Source: Camelus ferus | Lineage: Eukaryota | Assembly: GCF_009834535.1 (NCBI RefSeq) | Contig: NC_045697.1 | Location: forward strand, 312,001 to 376,000 | Direction of reading: 5' to 3' | DNA length: 64,000 bases | Shown: positions 58,896 through 64,000 of the stretch, one piece after another | Layout of the letters: each line of letters opens with the position of its first letter | Position numbering within the stretch: position 1 is the first letter of the stretch | Made by a program: the position numbers and the translations under genes | Notes under the pieces: model-generated | Databases searched by the model: none | Seen by the model: only the letters and a program-made list of their open reading frames with translations | What the model was told of the DNA's origin: nothing

Positions 58896-59887
58896 CCTGG
58901 GGCACCTGGCCCCCGGGGGAAGCCTGCAATGGGGAAGTGGTGAGACGAGCAAGAGTCGGGGGCATCACAGAGACTCAGATGCACGTGGCTGAACCAGGCT
59001 CTGCTGCTCCCTGTCCACCTCTCCGTCCAGGCCCCCACAGGAGGTCTCTCCACTCCCCCATCCAAACTACCGTGGTCCCTTCTGGTGTCTGTCAGCCCTG
59101 CACTGGCTCTGGGGCTGGCAGAGGCTCGGAGGAAGAGGCCTGCAGGCGCTGGGACCCTAGCCCGGTCCTCGTGGCCGGAACGTGCTTCGCGGGGGCCATC
59201 TGGGAGGGGAGCCAGGGTGAGTGGCGTCCATCGCACATCCAGAGTGTTCTGGAGTTGCAGGTGCCCTTTCCCCAGCGCGTGTTCATGCCACTGGGTTTTG
59301 GCTAGTATCTGACCGCGCAGGCGCACCAGGGAACACAGGTGCCAACTGCCACTGCTGTCCGGAGGGCAGCCTGCCACCCAGGGCCCAGCCGTACCTTGCC
59401 TCTGGGCTCAGGGAGCACCAGGGTGTCGGCGGCCTTGGTCTGCCCCGTTCACAGCTGTGCTGAGGTCAAGCTGTGCTTGAAATCCCCTCCTGGTGATATG
59501 AAGCAGGTTGTCCCTCAAGAGCCTGGTCACTCTGACACGGTGTGCACAGGGCCTGGGTCTCCCCAGGGTGTGGAAAGCTGGTGGTAGGCCTGGCCTGGCG
59601 AGAGGCGCAGGCAGGCGGACACGGCTCCTGTGGGCTCAGGCAGCAGGCCCGCCCTCGAGGGGACATTATGGGAGCTGTTTCCTTCCTCTGCAGCCTCATC
59701 ACACAGGGACCTTAGACACCCTGACACTCACCCAGCCCCTGGCGTCCATGTGCATCGACTGAGGGCTGTTCAGATGCCACCTGCCTTGTGCCTGGCGCCC
59801 GTAAAAGAATCCCTGGAACCGGGTGTTTCCACTCCCAGCATCCCGCCCTGGCTCCATACCCTGCAGCAGGTCCCAGGCGACTCTTAC

Positions 59888-60050
59888 CTGAGGGAGACCC
59901 TCTCGGGCTCGGCAGATCGCGCGGAGCCAGGCCTTTGTGTCCCCAGAACCCCGTGGCCCCTGTTAAAGGCCAGGAGTGCAGGCGGCGGGTTCTGTCGTGG
60001 AGCTGGTCTGTACTGATGGGCGGCTGGTGCTCTGTGCTCGGCCTCTGACT
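59888..60050 (-). other. SLC26A1: Probable non-coding exon 1 of SLC26A1 (upper bound approximate)
   Basis: Strong CAG|GTAAGA donor below 59888, with AP-1/ARE and HNF1-like motifs just upstream. Confidence 0.55.
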
Positions 60051-60506
60051 GCTTGGCTGTGCTGGGCTTGCTGTTAAATTATTTACTCCAAAGACTGCTG
60101 AGTCACAGGTTTCCTCTAGATGAGCATTACCTGCGCAGCTAATCTGGGGAGGTGTATTGTAATCAGAGGCTCACAAATGGTTACAGTTGTGTGGTCCTTT
60201 AATAAGCACCGAGCTTCCCAGGACCGGGGCTCCAGGTGTGGGATGGGGCGGGCTGGGTATTGAGTGGCTAGAGCAGGAACCCGGGATTCTGAGGCCCCTG
60301 GGGGAGACAGACTGCTCAGAAGCCTGGCCAGCTGTGGGGAGAGGACAGGCAGTGTGTGACCCCTCAGCTCTGGGGCCAAGTGTCATGGCTCTCAGGTCCC
60401 TGGAGTGTCGGAAGGATGGAGGATCTAGGGAGGGGCTGGTCTCCAAGTCCTATTACTGGACATCCTCTCTGTGGCAGGGCGTCCCTGAACCAGCAGGACC
60501 CTAGGG

Positions 60507-60557
60507 GTGTGTGTGTGTGTGTGTGTGTCTGTGTGTGTGTGTCTGTGTCTGTGTCTG
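60507..60557. repeat. (GT)n / (GTGTCT)n microsatellite
   Basis: gtgtgt run with gtct interruptions. Confidence 0.95.
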
Positions 60558-63500
60558 AGGGCGGGAGGGCTGCCAGGCACCAAGTTACTAGTCAGGTGTG
60601 CCCTTCCTGCTATGGGGGCAGGGGCCCAGGTCTGTCTGCCTGGATTCTAGTCTGGTGCTGACCCCCTGTGACTGTGGGCACTGGCCTCGCCACACCTCCA
60701 TCTTCTCTCGGGTGGGTGGGACCTGCCTCATAGGGCCAAGCATGAAGGTAAACAGTCCCTTTAGAGGACTCCCCCCGTGTCCCACACACGATAAACTAAG
60801 AGTGTGTTGCTGTTTTTCAGTTCTCCCATCCTTAAAATGAATAGCAGGTGCCTGAGGAGCAAGGTGGGGAAGGGGGCTGGCCCCCTGGGGCTGCCGCAGC
60901 TCTGAGCGTTCTCCATGCAAGAGGGGAGGCCAGAGAGGCCGCAAGGAGTCCCTCTGGTGGGGCTGCTGTCTCCGGAGGCCCTGATGGGGAGAAATCTCCT
61001 CCCACACTCAGGGGACTTCCCCTAAGCCTCCCTGAAAGCTCTGTGGCCTGCTGGAGAAGACCAGGAGCCCCACTTGGGGGCAAAGATGGGTGTGGAAGCC
61101 CAGGGTGGCAGGGAGGGGAGGGTATCTCCACCCTGTAGTGAGGGCAGGGTAGTCGGGGCCCAGGACCCACAAAGATGCCATCTCCCTCTCCACTCTCCTT
61201 GGAGAGTCTGTGTTGGGCCCCAAGAGCTCACCCTGTCCTCCGGAGTCCAAGCCCAACCACCCAGGGCAGAGCCTGGGGCCTCCCTAGTGCCCTCTCCTGC
61301 CCCCAAGGTCCTGCCCAGACCCACTCAGCCCTGGGGGGAGATGTCTGCCCAAGGATGTGGTTTACCTGAGCCATGGGCCAGAGGGCAGGCGGGATGCGTC
61401 ACTGCAGCCCGAGGCAGATAAGGCTCACATCAGGGCCGGAGTGGGGGGCACCACCGAGGGGGGTCATATATGCTTATCTTCTGGCCCAGCTACCGGCAGT
61501 GCGGCAGTGAGGGAACTCCCTGGGTGGCCCCTGTGGGCAGAGATAGGGCCTGCCAGGTGGGGCCTCACCACCCTGGGGCGTGGCGTGGAGGGCTCCTGCG
61601 TGCATGGAGACACCGTGGTGGGATGTGACGGGGCAGGGTGGGGGGAGGGGCGGCGCCTCCCCATCTCAGGAGGTGGGAACAGGGATTTGGGGTGCTCTCT
61701 AGGTTTGGAGCAACTGTGGTGGGATTTTAGGCGGGTGGAGACATTTCAGGGAGGTGCTGTTCTCAGCGCTCACAGCACCTAGGTGCCTGGCCTTGGTTGC
61801 CTTGGTGGCAGGGATTCGGCCTTCTGCTGTCCCAGCCCCTGCCTAGTTGGGTGTCTAAAGAAGGTGAAGAAAAACAGTAGAGGTTTGGTGTCCTTTGAGA
61901 GATCGGCAGGACCCCGGGATCTAAGCCTCACCCACTGCGTGTCCCTCTGTTTCTCTGTGCTTTGAGGTCTGGGTCTTCATCCTGTGGCCTGGCCAGGCAC
62001 ACAGGTGAGTGTCTTGGGTCCTGGGGCCTTGCTGGCCAAGACCCAGTCTTCCCTTCACCCCAGTAGGCCCCCTGAACCGCAGACTTCTCTACCTCAGGCA
62101 GGGCCAGCAGGACCCTGGTGTGCAGAGTGATCTGCATGGGGCACCAGGTCTCCAGTGCCTTCTGCCTGCTGGAGCCACCCTGGGCTTGCCTCCGGCTGAC
62201 TCCTGTGCCACATGGTTATTTCCTTAAATATTGGTCTTTAAATCACTGTTTTAAGTTGTTGAGGACACTTATTTGGAAAGGAAACAGTGTATCCCTACCA
62301 CAAGTGAAAGGCTGGGCAGACAGCTGTTCTCACCTCCAGGGCCCTGAGAACTGGACTCCAGCGCTCCCACTTCCAGAAGAGAGGACTCGCCTCTCCTGCC
62401 AGCTGGAGGGCACCGTCCCACCCTAAAACCCAGATCAAGGCTAGAGGTTCTCCCCAGTGGCTGGTCTGTGTCCCACAGCCGCACGCCGCCTGCATCTCCC
62501 CGTCTGAGCACTCTCGGCCCTTCCTCACGCATTTACCTACCCCCGCGTGAGATCCCAGCTCCGCGCCCCATCTCCCCGTCAGTACTGTCAGTACTCGCTG
62601 CCCAGGTTCCCACCCCGCGCATTTCCACACATACTCTCGCCCTGCGTTCCCCTCACCACCCAGCACGCACGGCCGGGGACCCCGTCCCGCGCCCTGCGCC
62701 CCCTCCTGATTGCTGACCCAGTGGAGCATGCGCTGCCTCGTCCCCACCCCGCATGTGCCCCCCCCCACAACGCTGGAGCACGCAAGGCCCGGGGCCCTGC
62801 CCCCGCGCCCCCCCCCCCAGCTCTCACCGGGCTGCTGCGTCCTCGCTGCGCACGCGCTCAGGGCCAGGGATGGGGGTGGGGGGATTCCTGGTGCAGCCTG
62901 GCGCACCCTGAATGAGGCCCTTGTGTAGCCGCTGTGGCTCAGCCCACGTGCAGGGCCAGGAGCTGGTAGCGACCTGCCTGTGCCTCGTGCCCAGGTTCCG
63001 CCCCTTGCAGGGCAGCAGGATGACGAGGCTCTCGGGCTGGATGGTGGCCCGATCTGCGTCTGCGACCTAGGCTTCTCTGCAAGGGGAGTGCCGGGGTGGG
63101 CTGCGCTCTACACCTTATGGCTCAGCCTCCTCCCTCGCTTTGATCTCTCAAATTCCCCTCCTAACGGGGGCTGAGACCAGTGGAGGCCTAGGCACTGACA
63201 GTGGGGCCCAAGGACTGTTCCCCAGGGTTCCTTGGCCTGGAATCACCCCAGGGTTGGGTCTTCTGGTCCCGAGGGGCAGGTGTACTGGCTGGCCTCCAGG
63301 GCATCCTGGGGTGCTGAGGCTGGACGGGTCAGGAGTAGCAGGCTGGGGATGGCTCTGCGGCTGGGGCTTCTCTCGTGGCGCCCTGCTGGCCCAGGGCACT
63401 GAGCTTGGGAACAGCATTTACCCGAGGCCAGGTCCACTTCTGCCCCGAGTCGTCCTAGCGCTGCCGGGATCTGTGGAGAAATCCTGGAACCCGTGCCTGT

Positions 63501-64000
63501 GCCTCCACTTTACATGTGGCGCCCGTCGCCCATGCCTACGCCCCTACCCCCCACCTGTGGGACTTTGGAACCCATCTGATGCTGCGCATTTAATTTTTAC
63601 CCAAGTGTTTGTTCTCTTTCTTTGCTACCGGTTGTGACCTTTGGAGTGGGGGAGGGGCCGGTCCCCGCTGCGCACGTGCTGTGGGGCTGGGCCCCAGAGG
63701 CGGGAAGAGGCAGCTGGCACAGCCTGTCCTGCGAGCGCAAGCAGGGTGTGCGGCCAGGCAGGAGCCAGAGGTACCAGGAGGTGCGTGGTGGCGGGACCTG
63801 GGCCCAGGCTCGGCCTTGACCTTGTGCAAAGTGAGGAGTGGGGGAGAGGAGACGCGCAAGGGAGGTGTTGACTTGTCCAGATCCTCGCTGTGTTGGGAGG
63901 ACAGCGCTGGGCTGGCCAGCTTGGCGTGGGATGGGGAGGCTCACAGACCAAGAGCAGTTCCGGGCGGGATTCCACCGACATCCCTCCTCGCCCCACCCCC

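Noticed and set aside
60100..64000. IDUA exon 3
   Set aside because: No matching coding sequence seen. Intron 2 is long in mammals and continues beyond the window.

Overview
GC-rich mammalian genomic DNA, not prokaryotic; no CRISPR arrays or operons. It is the orthologue of the human 4p16.3 GAK-TMEM175-DGKQ-IDUA/SLC26A1 cluster. tRNA-derived SINEs suggest a camelid, which is an inference. I traced exons by hand from GT/AG boundaries and checked reading-frame phase. GAK exons 1-5 are on the minus strand and the gene continues off the left edge. GAK shares a bidirectional CpG-island promoter with the complete TMEM175 (+, 10 coding exons, 506 aa). The complete DGKQ (-, 23 exons, 947 aa) lies tail-to-tail with TMEM175. 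IDUA exons 1-2 (+) continue off the right edge, and the SLC26A1 coding sequence (-, 706 aa) is nested antisense in IDUA intron 2. Introns hold old L1, L2, MaLR-LTR and DNA-transposon remnants. Most six-frame ORFs are chance products of high GC. I found no new multi-gene system. The best leads are a Met at the GAK kinase gatekeeper (Thr123 in human), non-human residues at both TMEM175 Parkinson-variant positions, a candidate poison micro-exon in TMEM175, a stop-free SLC26A1 intron, the SLC26A1 3'UTR crossing IDUA exon 2, a mirtron-like DGKQ intron, and apparent AT-to-GC drift in ancient repeats. Repeat names and human comparisons come from memory, not from a search.
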